From NCBI RefSeq assembly GCF_037042905.1, contig NC_087245.1, forward strand, positions 7,628,001 through 7,692,000: a stretch of DNA of 64,000 bases. The letters run 5' to 3'. Every line of letters begins with the position of its first letter. Position 1 is the first letter of the stretch. This document shows positions 1 through 12,524 of the stretch, piece after piece. The stretch is from Lytechinus pictus. Its lineage: Eukaryota. Below the pieces are notes generated by a model. The model was not told the origin of the DNA, did no database searches, and saw only the letters and a program-made list of their open reading frames with translations. The translations under genes and the position numbers were made by a program.

Positions 1-1242
1 CAACATCAAAATCTTAACCTAAGGTTAAGTTTTTGAAATGTCATCATAACTTAGAAAATATATGGACCTAGTTCATGAAACTTATACATAAGGTTAATCA
101 AGTATCACTGAACATCCTGCATGAGTTTCACGTCACATAACCAAGGTCAAAGGTCATTTAGGGTCAATGAACTTTGGCCAAATTGGGGGTATCTGTTGAA
201 TTACCATCATAACTTTGAAAGTTTATGGATCTGATTCTTGAAACTTGGACATAATAGTAATCAAGTATTACTGAACATCCTGTGCAAGTTTCAGGTCACA
301 TGATCAAGGTCAAAGGTCATTTAGGGTCAATGAACTTTGGCCAAATTGGGGTATTTGTTGAATTACAGCCATAAATTTGAAAGTGTGTTGGTCTAGTTCA
401 TAAAACTTGGACATAAGAGTAATCAGGTATCACTGAACATCCTGTGCGAGTTTCAGGTCACATGATCAAGGTCAAAGGTCATGTAAGGTCAAAGAACTTT
501 GGCCACGTTGCTGGTACATGTATTTGTTGAATTGCCATCATATCTCTTTAAAGGAGAATGAAACCCTTGAAACCAGCTGAATCCATATCAAAGAGAAAAA
601 TCAAAGAAACATATTGTTGAAAGTTTGAGGAAGATTGAATGAATAATAAGAAAGTTATGAGCATTTGAATATTGAGATCACTAGTGCCATGTAGATCCTC
701 CCATCGGCAATGCGACCAAGATCTATGATATCACACACGTACAACTCCCTCATTACTTTAGTACTTATTTCACTTATATTCTCACTTTTATAGAGTATAT
801 CACAAGGTGAGGTGTTCTCTTTATGAGATGACAAGTACAGAGGTTTCACAACATTATATCATTGATGAATCGTTTGTCATATGATTAGAATGAGCAAAAA
901 GAGATGTTTTGGGGTATATTTTCAGTGTCCAAATGGGAGAGTTGTACGTGTGTGACATCACAGATCTTGATCGCATTGCCAATGGGAGGATCTCCATAGC
1001 ATTAGTGATCTCGACATTCAAATGCTCATAACTCTTTTATTGCTAGTCCTAATTTACTCAAAGTTTTGTTGATCTTATTCTTTGATTTTTCTGCTTTCAC
1101 AAAAGCTAACTTGCTCCAAGAGTTAAGAGTAACCAAGTATCACTGAACATCTTGTGCGAGTCATAGTAGTTTTCAAAATCAGCACTGCTGCTATATTGAA
1201 TCGCGTGATGCAGGTGAGACGGCCAGAGGCATTCCACTTGTT
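1..1242. repeat. Interspersed repeat with ~162-bp internal tandem units, interrupted near 549 by a palindromic MITE
   Basis: aaggtcaaaggtca at 144, 307 and 469; unit sequence resumes near 1125; the insert at ~550-1120 has internal inverted symmetry (gatcactagtgc..gcattagtgatc). Confidence 0.7.
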
Positions 1243-2028
1243 GTATGTATTGACCCCCAAACAAGGACATTTTAAGGACTATATTTTAGGTATCCATTAA
1301 GAGTAAAAATATCTCAGCATAGTCATCTAATGATAGTGGCATCCTTTGCTGATTTTGTTAGAATTACATCTAAACGTATGAAGCACTTTTTGTAGTCATA
1401 GTAATCATAATTATCATACGCATCTCACTAATCAAATACTGCGAGCGCGAAGCGCGAGCTAAAAATTTATGAAATTCAGACCTGAAGAGGGGCATTCTAA
1501 GGCTTGTTTGTAGGAATTCACTAAGTCCTTACGTATTTCACTAACCAAATGATGCGAGCGCGAAGCGCGAGCTAAACATTTTTGATATTCAGATTAAAAA
1601 AATTGACATTTTAAGAACTGATTTTAGGAATTCATGAAGAGCAGACATCTCACCAATCAACTAATGCGAACGTTAGCACGGACAGGAAATGTTTTATATT
1701 AAGTCCCTAAAATTGGGCAATCACTTTAAGTAGTCATGAAAAAGAAGCAAATGTCACTACATAAAACAATAATAACTCGAAATGCGAGGAAATATATTTG
1801 GTGTATATTGGTTTAAAAACGGGAGGTTTTAGTACAACAGGATTATACATCTCGTTAAACAGTCTATGCGAGCACCAGGAACAATGAAGACATAGGCCCT
1901 GAGCAAACTGTTTCATAAAGTCATGAAAAAATGCTTCTTATGTAATAACATTATAATAAACAATAATTTCTTTTTTTTGGGGGGGGGGGGGGACGTGCCC
2001 CCCATGCCCCCTGGTAGTTAAGCCACTG
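1243..2028 (+). mobile_element. Truncated copy of the non-autonomous hAT-like family seen at 52256 and 59377
   Basis: Collinear with 59655-60584; ends gtagttaagccactg. Confidence 0.8.
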
Positions 2029-3100
2029 TATAGGTATACAGAAATCACCAATAAAAATGCGAGCGCACAGCGCTAGCTCATAGGCCTTCATTTTTGACAA
2101 TCGAGACACCTGAAAAGGAATATTTTGAGAATCTTATAGAAAATACACAAAGATAATAGGTAGGCCAACAACATTTCAAAGTTTCGCTTAATTTCACAAA
2201 CCAGTTATATTCACATCCTTGTCGGTATACAAATGAGGAGACTGATGACATCACTCACTCACTACTTCTTTTTGTATTTTAGTATATGAAATATGAAATA
2301 TTCAATTTTTCTCCGTTGTCGTGTGAAACAACGATTAATTCCTCCCTGAACATGAGCAATTAGCATTGTTTAATACTAAATGGTTCAATCAAGTTGGTTC
2401 ATATTGTAAAATCTGTAAAAAATGAAATATTGTATAATTCTAACAATAAAAAACAAAGGAATTAGTGAGTGAGGGACATTATCGACTGTCTCATTTGCAT
2501 CTCACTGTTTTGTGAAAAATAAGCAAAATTTTAAAATGTCATAATTTTCTTAGTTTAAAAATCTGATTTTGATGAAATTTTCAGCATAAAGCTTGTTTGA
2601 TTTTTCTCTATTTATTCAAATCAACATTTTTTTTGGGGGGGTGGACTTGTCCTTTACATGACGAAAACCTTTCATTTGAAAACACTATACCCCAGATTCC
2701 CTCAATCAATTCTCTTCTCCAAGTACGACAAACCATAACTGCCCCAAGCAAGCAATTTAAGTATCAAAACACCTGTTTCTGGTCCGAAGATAACACAACA
2801 GCCCGAGCAAAGCATGCCGTCATTTTAATTCACTTACTTTCCTTATTTCGAGGTCGATTTTCTTCGTTCGAACTTGAAAATGGACTAACATTGGATTTCT
2901 GAATACAATATGCATTTGAAAACGTGATTAAATATCGAATACAATAATTTCATTCCGAAGGTCCTACTACAGGCAGAGAAGTCTTACGTAATAGCACAGC
3001 TGTTGTTTATCATTTCGTCCTTGGCTCAACGCTCATAATCTGGCCTGTGGAGGTAAAATTGAGACAGCGGGGATTACCTGGCCTAGCGGGATTGATCAGG

Positions 3101-3260
3101 CGGGTGTTTCATAAAGCTGTTCGTAAATAAAAAGCGACTGGTGATCCTGTCTTGCGGTAAATGGTACACACCATTGGCGAAGATCTAGCGCGCGAGAAAG
3201 GATCACCAGTCGTTCTTAAAGTCGCTCTTAACTTACGAGCAGCTTTATGAAACGGCCCCC
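3101..3260. mobile_element. Small palindromic MITE, possibly PIF/Harbinger-like
   Basis: gggtgtttcataaagctg...cagctttatgaaacggcccc terminal inverted repeats; inner gactggtgatcc / ggatcaccagtc. Confidence 0.6.
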
Positions 3261-3994
3261 TGGGCTTGGAAATGATTTTGGGATTTACAAACGCAAAATG
3301 GGGTATAGAACCGCAGTTTGCAATCTGAACTGCGGTCTTTCTCCAAACGGGGGTTTGACGTAATGAAGAAATGAATGCGAGCGCGAAGCGCTAGCTGAAA
3401 ACTTTTTAAATGATGAAATGAAAAGGACATTTTCAGTTGTTAGATTAGAATATAAAATATTTTCAGCTTGTGCTTCTCGTTCGCATAAAAAAAAAACTGA
3501 AGTCGGGATGCGTATATAACTGAACAGTGATGCGAGCGCGTAGCGCGAGCTCAATTTTTTTATGTACTGACTTAGGAAGGACTCTTTTAAGGTATAATTC
3601 CTGTTTTAAAAGTCTTTCCTTTTTCTCTTCGTCTTTTTTTTCTTTTTCTTTCCTTTTTTTGCGCCACCATGGGGGGGGGCAAAAACTTTGCCCCCTGGAT
3701 CGGCCTATGTATATTGACTTGAAAAACACTAACATTTTAAGGACTTATGTACGTGTGATCGATGGAGAGGATATACACCTCACTAATCAAATATTGCGAG
3801 CGCGTAGCGCCAGCTGAATTTGATATTTACCCCTTTTCTGACCCTGAACAGGATACCTATCTTGCCAAACAAACTTCAAACTCGAGCACATTGATTTTTG
3901 TCTATTATCGTAAAAACGGGATATTTTAAATCAGCCGCATTAATTTAACCTTTTTGGGCAGGAAATAAATTTCACTATAAACAGACAATACGAG

Positions 3995-6900
3995 CAATGT
4001 TGCGCCCCTGGTCGAACATGAATTTGCATGGATCCCCTAAGTTCAAGGTCAATTTGGCGCCCTTGGTTGAACATGAATTTGGCGCCATGTAAAATATCAC
4101 TTTGCCCTCCCCCTTCTGAAACATGTATTTGTCGCCTTATGGTCAAACATCAAATTAGCGCTTCCCTAGTTCGAACATCAATTTGGCGCCCCGCTAGTTT
4201 GAACATCAATTCGGCGCTCCCCTAGTTCGAACATCAATTTGGCGCCCCGCCCAGTTCAAACATCAATTTGGTGCCCCCATCTAGTTCGAAAATTAATTCG
4301 CCCCCTCCCCCTTGTTCAAACATCATTTCGGCGCCCCATAGTTCGAACGTCATTTTGGCGCCGCCTAGTTCTAACATCAATTTGGCGCCCCAAGTTCGAA
4401 TAGCAATTCGGCGCCCCCTAGTTCGAACATCAATTTGGCGACCCTAGTTCGAACATTCAATCGGCGTCCCCCTACGTCGAACATCTATTTGGCCTTCCTA
4501 GTTCGAATATCAATTCGGCGCCCCCTAGTTCAAACATCAATGTGGTACCCCTAGTTCGAACATCGATTCGGCGCCCCCCCCTAATTCGAGTATCAATTCG
4601 GCGCCCCTACATGTAGGTCGATCATCAATTGATCATCAATTTGCCCCCCCCCCCCCCCCCGTTCGAACATCATTTTGGCATCCCTTCGAACTGAATTTGG
4701 CTTCCCTAGTACGAAAATCATTTCGCCCCCTAGCTCGAGTATCAATTTGGCGCCCCCCTAATTCAAGTATCAATTCGGCGCCCCTACATGTAGGTCGATC
4801 ATCAATTTGCCCCCCCCCCCCCGTTCGAACGTCAATTCGACCCCCAGTTCGAACATCATTTTGGCATCCCTTCGAACTGAATTTGGCTTCCCTAGTACGA
4901 AAATCATTTCGCCCCCTAGCTCGAGTATCAATTTGGCACCCCCCTAGTTCGAACATCAATTCGGCGCCCCCCTAGTTTGAGTATCAGTTTGGCGCCCCCC
5001 TAGCTCGAACATCGATTCGCCCCCTCCCCCCTAGTTCGAGTATCAATTTGGCGCCCCCAGTTCGAACATCATTTTAACATCCCTTCGAACATCATTTTGG
5101 CGCCCTCCTTGATCGAATATCAATTCGGCGCCCCTACATGTAGGTCCAACATCAATTTGGCGCCCCATAGTTCGAGTATCAATTTGGCGCCCCCTAGTTC
5201 CAACATCAATTCTGAGCCCCCCTAGTTCGAGTATCAATTTGGCGTCCCCCTAGTTCGAACATCGATTCGGCCCCCTCCCCCCTAGTTCGAGTATCAATTT
5301 GGCGCCCCCAGTTCGAACATCATTTTAACATCCCTTCGAACATCATTTCGGCGCCCTTCTAGTTCGAATATCAATTCGGCGCCCCTACATGTAGGTCCAA
5401 CATCAATTTGGCGCCCCATAGTTCGAGTATCAATTTGGCGCCCCCTAATTCCAACATCAATTCTGAGCCCCCCCCCCCTAGTTCGAGTATCAATTTGGCG
5501 TCCCCCTAGTTCGAACATCGATTCGGCCCCCTCCCTAGTTCGAGTATCAATTTGGCGCCCCCAGTTCGAACATCATTTTAACATCCCTTCGAACATCATT
5601 TCGGCGCCCTTCTAGTTCGAATATCAATTCGGCGCCCCCACATGTAGGTCCAACATCAATTTGGCGCCCCTAGTTCGAATATCATTTCGGCCCCCCTAGC
5701 TCGAGTATCAATTTGGCGCCCCCTAGTTCCAACATCAATTCTGAGCCCCCCTAGTTCGAGTATCAATTTGGCGTCCCCCTAGTTCCAACATCGATTCGGC
5801 CCCTCCCCCCTCCCCCTAGTTCGAGTATCAATCTGGTGCCCCCAGTTCGAACATCATTTTGACATTCATTCGAACATCATTTCGGCGCCCTTTTGGTTCG
5901 AACATCATTTTCTTTCCTCCTCTTCCTCTTTTTTTCTTCTCGTCCTTCCCCTCTTTCTCTCCCCTTTATTTCTTTTCTTTCCCCCCTTTCTCTCTCTTTT
6001 TTTTCTCTTCTTTCCTCCCTCTTCGAACATTCAATCGGCGTCCCCCTACGTCGAACATCTATTTGGCCTTCCTAGTTCGAATATCAATTCGGCGCCCCCT
6101 AGTTCAAACATCAATGTGGTACCCCTAGTTCGAACATCGATTCGGCGCCCCCCCTAATTCGAGTATCAATTCGGCGCCCCTACATGTAGGTCGATCATCA
6201 ATTTGCCCCCCCCCCCCGTTCGAACGTCAATTCGACCCCCAGTTCGAACATCATTTTGGCATCCCTTCGAACTGAATTTGGCTTCCCTAGTACGAAAATC
6301 ATTTCGCCCCCTAGCTCGAGTATCAATTTGGCGCCCCCCTAATTCGAGTATCAATTCGGCGCCCCTACATGTAGGTCGATCATCAATTTGCCCCCCCCCC
6401 CCCCCCCGTTCGAACGTCAATTCGACCCCCAGTTCGAACATCATTTTGGCATCCCTTCGAACTGAATTTGGCTTCCCTAGTACGAAAATAATTTCGCCCC
6501 CTAGCTCGAGTATCAATTTGGCGCCCCCCTAGTTCGAACATCAATTCGGCGCCCCCCTAGTTTGAGTATCAGTTTGGCGCCCCCCTAGCTCGAACATCGA
6601 TTCGCCCCCTCCCCCCTAGTTCGAGTATCAATTTGGCGCCCCCAGTTCGAACATCATTTTAACATCCCTTCGAACATCATTTTGGCGCCCTCCTTGATCG
6701 AATATCAATTCGGCGCCCCTACATGTAGGTCCAACATCAATTTGGCGCCCCATAGTTCGAGTATCAATTTGGCGCCCCCTAGTTCCAACATCAATTCTGA
6801 GCCCCCCTAGTTCGAGTATCAATTTGGCGTCCCCCTAGTTCGAACATCGATTCGGCCCCCTCCCCCCTAGTTCGAGTATCAATTTGGCGCCCCCAGTTCG

Positions 6901-7492
6901 AACATCATTTTAACATCCCTTCGAACATCATTTCGGCGCCCTTCTAGTTCGAATATCAATTCGGCGCCCCTACATGTAGGTCCAACATCAATTTGGCGCC
7001 CCATAGTTCGAGTATCAATTTGGCGCCCCCTAATTCCAACATCAATTCTGAGCCCCCCCCCCCTAGTTCGAGTATCAATTTGGCGTCCCCCTAGTTCGAA
7101 CATCGATTCGGCCCCCTCCCTAGTTCGAGTATCAATTTGGCGCCCCCAGTTCGAACATCATTTTAACATCCCTTCGAACATCATTTCGGCGCCCTTCTAG
7201 TTCGAATATCAATTCGGCGCCCCCACATGTAGGTCCAACATCAATTTGGCGCCCCTAGTTCGAATATCATTTCGGCCCCCCTAGCTCGAGTATCAATTTG
7301 GCGCCCCCTAGTTCCAACATCAATTCTGAGCCCCCCTAGTTCGAGTATCAATTTGGCGTCCTCCTAGTTCCAACATCGATTCGGCCCCTCCCCCCTCCCC
7401 CTAGTTCGAGTATCAATCTGGCGCCCCCAGTTCGAACATCATTTTGACATTCATTCGAACATCATTTCGGCGCCCTTTTGGTTCGAACATCA
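3995..7492. repeat. ~30-bp GC-rich satellite (ctagttcgaacatcaatttggcgcccc) with a ~1.58-kb higher-order duplication
   Basis: Monomer repeated throughout; block ~4448-6021 is repeated at ~6022-7607 (identical ORFs offset by 1585 nt). Confidence 0.95.
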
Positions 7493-8404
7493 TTTTCTTT
7501 CCTCCTCTTCCTCTTTTTTTCTTCTCGTCCTTCCCCTCTTTCTCTCCCCTTTATTTCTTTTCTTTCCCCCCTTTCTCTCTCTTTTTTTTCTCTTCTTTCC
7601 TCCCTCTTCCTCTCTCCTTTTTCTCCTTTTCTTTCCCCTCTTCCTCTTTTTTCTTCCCCCTCTCCCCCCTCCCTTTTCTTCTCTTCCTTTCCCCTTTTCT
7701 TCCCCCCTTCTCTCTCTTTTTTCTCTTCTTTCTTCCCTTTTCCTCTCTCTCCTTTTTCTCCTTTTCCTTTCCCCCTCTTCCTCTCTCTTCCCCCCTCTTC
7801 TTTTTTCTTCTTTTCTTTCCCCTCTCTTTTTTCTTCTCTTCTTTCCTCCCTCTTCCTCTCTCTCCCTTTTCTCCTTTTCTTTTCCCCTCTTCCTCTTTTT
7901 TATCCCCCTCTCCTTCCCCCTCCCTTTTCTTCTCTTCCTCTTTTTTCTCCTTTTCTCTCCTCTTTTTCCTCTCTCTCTTTTTCTTCTCTTCCTTTCCCCT
8001 CTTCCCCTCTCTCTCTTTTTTCTCCTTTTCCTTTCCCTCTCTTTTTCCTTCTCTTTCTTTCCCCTTTTCCTCTCCCTTTTCCTTCCCTTCCTTCCCCCTC
8101 TTCTCTTTTTCTTCTTTTTTTCCCCCCTTTCCTCTCTCTTTTTTCTCCTCTTCTTCCTTCCCCCTCTTCCTCTCTCTTTTCCTCTCTTTTTTTCCCCTTT
8201 CTCTCTCTTCTCTTCTTTCCTCCTTCTTCCTCTCTCTTTTTTTTCCTTTTCCTTTCCCCCTCTCCCTCTCTCCTTTCCTCTTTTCTTTCCCCCTTTTTCC
8301 TCTCTTTTTTCTTCCCTTCTTCCCCCTCTTCCTTTCTTCTTTTTCTTCTTTTCTTTCCCCTCTTCCCCCTTTTTTTCTCTTTCTTTCCCTCTCTTCTTTT
8401 TTTT
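7493..8404. repeat. Polypyrimidine/polypurine low-complexity tract
   Basis: About 910 nt almost entirely C/T on the plus strand. Confidence 0.97.
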
Positions 8405-8462
8405 AGCCGAAGGGGGGGGGGCCAAGGCCCCCTCGGCCCCCCCCCCCATGGATCCGCGCCTG

Positions 8463-8768
8463 GCACCACGAACCGCGTTTGGCAGTGGATTTCTAACTAG
8501 TGCCTTAGTGGGTCGCGCGTGCTGGGATCTCACTTCTTGGGTCCACAACACACGACTTCTATGGCTTGAATTTTCTTTGCGCGGCGGCATGTAATGAACC
8601 CTTGGGTGGCCATTGAGTTCCTGTACAGATCACCCAAGGGTTCATTACATGCCGCCGCGCACAGAAAAATCAAGCCATAGAAGTCGTGTGTTGTGGACCC
8701 AAGAAGTGAGATCTCAGCACGCGCGACCCACTAGTTAGAAATCCACTGCCAAACGCGGTTCGTGGTGC
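8463..8768. repeat. Long inverted repeat (~140-bp arms, 22-bp spacer)
   Basis: gcaccacgaaccgcgtttgg...aacccttgggtg / cacccaagggtt...ccaaacgcggttcgtggtgc; the right arm recurs at ~25023-25192. Confidence 0.9.
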
Positions 8769-8954
8769 GAGGTTAGTATACTAATACTAACCTCGCAATA
8801 CGTGTGAGTGCTCAATGGCCATATGTTTATGTATTAAGTTTGGAAAGAATCTAAACCAAGCCTCCAACTTAGGAAGTGAGAGTTGCGTGACAGCCAGCCG
8901 AAGTAAGTCAGTAGTCACTGTTGTTTTTTTTCCTTTTGACCAAAAAAATCTCAT

Positions 8955-9030
8955 GTTCACCCCTGGGTTCCAACCCTCGACCTTAGGATTGCAAGTCTGA
9001 TGCCTTATCAACTGAGCTACGCTATTTCCC
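8955..9030 (-). pseudogene. Degenerate tRNA-like sequence (SINE head or tRNA pseudogene)
   Basis: Minus strand agcgtagctcagttgataaggcatcagacttgcaatcctaaggtcgagggttggaaccc; A box and degenerate B box, no intact acceptor stem. Confidence 0.55.
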
Positions 9031-9848
9031 ATAGACTAATACACATAAGCACTATTTCCCATAGACTTTACACATAGCAAATTGAGAGGATCTCAAATCC
9101 AATTTTGCAAGTGAAATACGGGCATGATCTGATTTTCTGATTGGAAAATGAAGACCACACTAGCGATAGCTTACAATCTCAGCTACAACATACTCCAAGC
9201 TCAGAGAAAACTGACAAAAAGAAATGGAGATATGGCTCGCGAAATAGAAGAATGTAAAATCCAGTTTTGAGAAAAAGTCATTTCCCATAGAGATTGCACA
9301 CAAAATGAGCGAAAATGACATGCCTCTATAATTTGCCATTTTTCAGGATGATTCATTCCTTTAAAAGAAAATATAGCAATCAAATTAAAAAGAGTACGTC
9401 CTCAGCTACAATATATTGAAAACTGAGCGAAAATTGGCCAATATTTGAGGAGTTAGTGTCAAATTTGCATAACTATGATGACGTCATAGGTAGCAAAGTG
9501 GTAATTTTGAGTTTCGACGCCACTTTGATGACGTCATGATAAAATTAAGGGTCAAATGTGACATGAAATCATATCTCCCATTTATACACTATTGGAATAT
9601 GAAAAAAAAATCGGGGGTCAATGGACTACCTGGAGAGCTATGATGAGTTTTGTATAGGCATGTTTTTGCACATATATTGTCTATGGTTAGTGCGCGCGCG
9701 CGTGCGTGCTGTAAACTTTGATGGAGGCTAATTCCTTTATTACTTGTCGTAGAAGGTTGATCAAGGTATTAAATTACTCAGAATTATATAATCAATGCAT
9801 TGATATTAAAAAAATGCCGATACAATGTTGTATAGTGCCGTTTGACAG

Positions 9849-10274
9849 TGTTGTTCGAGTGCTCAGTTCGAACAATCTTAAAAGTGGAAATGTACTGCAC
9901 AAAAGACGAAATACATGCATCACATATATTCAGTCAAAAGTATATTGACTCACCGTAAGTTCTGTCCCACGATGAATCCAGTAGAACAACTGAACTGGTA
10001 GAAAACAGCAATATAACTCAGCAATAACAACAGTATAACTTCTCAATAGGTTGGTTCCAGTACATCTCTCAGCAGTATCCAAAGATGGCGATGCCGTCCG
10101 CATCCTCTATCACGGGGTGTCGAATCCCTGCTTCTGATTGGTCACCTCTGGTGAAGTTGCACGCGGCACTACATCTTGGCTTGCCATGAGGTCTCCAGCA
10201 GCAGACGACGATGGTAGCAGACGACAAGGATCAGTAGCTGAAAACGCCAAATCGGCCTGGCCGTTTTCACTACA
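9849..10274 (-). repeat. 3' LTR of the Gypsy element
   Basis: tgttgttcgagtgc...ttttcactaca; matches 21618-22043 with no differences found by eye. Confidence 0.97.
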
Positions 10275-10295
10275 CTGCTCCCTTCCCAATTTTTT
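10275..10295 (-). other. Polypurine tract
   Basis: Minus strand AAAAAATTGGGAAGGGAGCAG directly before the 3' LTR start TGTAGTG. Confidence 0.85.
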
Positions 10296-12272
10296 GAGGA
10301 TCGATACGGGGATCTCTGAAGAAGCACTCAAACTCTGGATGAGCAAGACCGTTGGAACCCGAAAGAAAGTGCCTCGGCCATGGCTACACCCATGAGGAAT
10401 GCCAACAACCCCTATCTGAACCTAGCCAAAACACAACAATCAGTAGTTCTGTTAACCACCTTCGGAAACTGCTCACTCGGCACCCCCGCTTGGACATTGG
10501 GTCCTCACTAGAGCTTCCGCAGAGCACAGGGTATCCATGACTCAACGGGATAAGAGCAAGGCTCCATTATCTAGACCGGAGTCATAGGCGAACCAAACCT
10601 AGTATTCACTTCCCATAAACTTCCTAAGGGCTGCAAATTATGCCATGCCAGCCCACTGGGTAAACCACTAACCCAGTGCTTGGATACAAATCCTACTCAC
10701 TCTAACTCTTCGACAACATCCTGAACTATCTAGAGCAAGAATCTGAGCTATGCAAAACGCACTACATCCGACGGCAATAAGTCGCGAACATCCACCTGTA
10801 TAAAATATACAACAGGGACGGCGCTCGTGTTCCAGATATTCTCGAAGAATTATCCCAGAAGAGGAGAATTCTCCATCTTCATGGCAAGTAATTACTGGCA
10901 AGTGGAACCGTAAGTTCCAGGCTTACACACTTCATTCTAGCATGATCGGACACAATCCGAGACTAGTCACTAAAAGAAACTCTTTCCATAGAGAAGCCCA
11001 GCCTACAACAAGCTCAGAGCAATGCTATTGACAATCCAGTACTGCACCACCAAAGCAGGGTTATCAGCATGTGGCAACTGCAATGCTCGGAGATCATTAT
11101 GGAAAATTCTGAGTATCCATCTCGCCCTGGAAAGAACATCCTTTGTAAACCCATCTCGAACATGTTCATGGTACGGCTGCACAATCCAGCTGCCGACCAT
11201 ACCTCAAGAAGTATTCTCCTTAACTGTCGTGGCGTTGGCAAAGAAGAATTCTTCTTGCCAGCCACTGCCACAGTAAGAGAAGACGGAAGCGAAACATGAA
11301 ATATAACACCCGGTGCCTCAGGGTATATACTTAAATCACTTCACGATCATCCACTTCTGACACAGTATCTAGTGAGGGCATATAGCTACTTAAAGCCAGC
11401 ACAGCTCAAAAACTAGAACACTACGTTATCCAGGTCAGCTAACACAGCTAACATCTGAATAGCACACAGAAGGATGCATCTCATCTTATAAGCACACCAT
11501 CAGGAAACATTATAAGCTTCATGCAAGCTACTCAGCATCACACCATAAGTCAGGCAAGAACATTCTCCCTACCCTACTCCTTGGAATGCCAGTCCTAAAG
11601 GCGAGCGAGGATAAGTTCTCTGCCCCTTCCTTAGTGGACTACTTGGCTCCACATTGAACACAGGATGGAAATGGGTTCCTTGCCTCACCCATTGGTGTTG
11701 CGAGGCTGGCACTACTAGACGACCGAAGGAATATCTCCAGTAATCTTTAACATGTTTCACATGATGGCATACCATTCAGTTACAGAGCGGGACATGAGGA
11801 ATAATAGGGAAATACATAGCTAACACAGCTGACAACACAGTAACATATATCTCAGAGTCCTAAAATCTGCCATGGACCAAGATACTCCGTTTGCCTAATT
11901 TCCATTTACCTTATCCTCACTACCCGTTCCGCTCTCCCACAACTACCAGTCCTGGAGAGAGGTGACGGACACAGGCCCAGTCAATTCTCCCCAGTAACCT
12001 TGCGGGTGGTCACTTACCTTGTCCTCTCGCAGGCGGTTGATTGTTGGGTCTGACTCAGGAGGCGAGGATTGTAGCTGGGTCCCAACTTCCTCCATCCCCA
12101 GTGAAGATAGTCCCTGAGCTATTACTTCCGCACTGTGAGCCTGGCCCAATACCTCATAATCTTCCAGAAGGAAAAACCTATCCGTCGATTTGAGGACATC
12201 CGCCTGTAGCTGACAAAACCCAGACCTTCTAGCTCTGAAATGCAAAGCAGAAGTCAAACACACCGAAGAGAG

Positions 12273-12524
12273 CATCTTTTGGTCGATGGTGCCTGTGATG
12301 CGTTTCAGCACATTTGCCGAAAGGGTGGTTATGAGCGACATCTTCTGGTCAATAACGCCAGTGATCCGCTTCAGCAAGTTGGCCGAAACCGTGGTCACAG
12401 TCATCCTCTGACCAATGATACCTGTGACATGTCTTAGCATATTTGCCCAAACGATGGTCACACTTTCCTTCTGATCGATCAATCCTGTGATCCGTTTCAG
12501 CACGCTTGCCTGAACGGTAGTCAC
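12273..12524 (-). repeat. Four tandem 60-66-bp units homologous to pol segment 16219-16275
   Basis: Units translate VTTVQASVLKRITGLIDQKES / VTIVWANMLRHVTGIIGQRMT / VTTVSANLLKRITGVIDQKMSL / ITTLSANVLKRITGTIDQKM; pol reads TTIPPNTLKRVTGVIDQRM. Confidence 0.85.

Noticed and set aside
3995..7492. CRISPR-like appearance of ~30-bp palindromic repeats, and the repeated short ORFs over them
   Set aside because: Monomers are contiguous with no unique spacers, there are no cas genes and the context is eukaryotic; the ORFs are satellite translations
7444..8590. Long F/S/P/L-rich and K/R/E/G-rich ORFs of 189-366 aa
   Set aside because: By-products of the stop-free polypyrimidine/polypurine tract; no domain signal
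8955..9030. Functional tRNA gene
   Set aside because: B box mutated (GGTTGGAACC) and acceptor stem does not pair; treated as a relic
10296..12270. env gene in the Gypsy 3' region
   Set aside because: No long ORF, signal peptide, furin site or transmembrane anchor found
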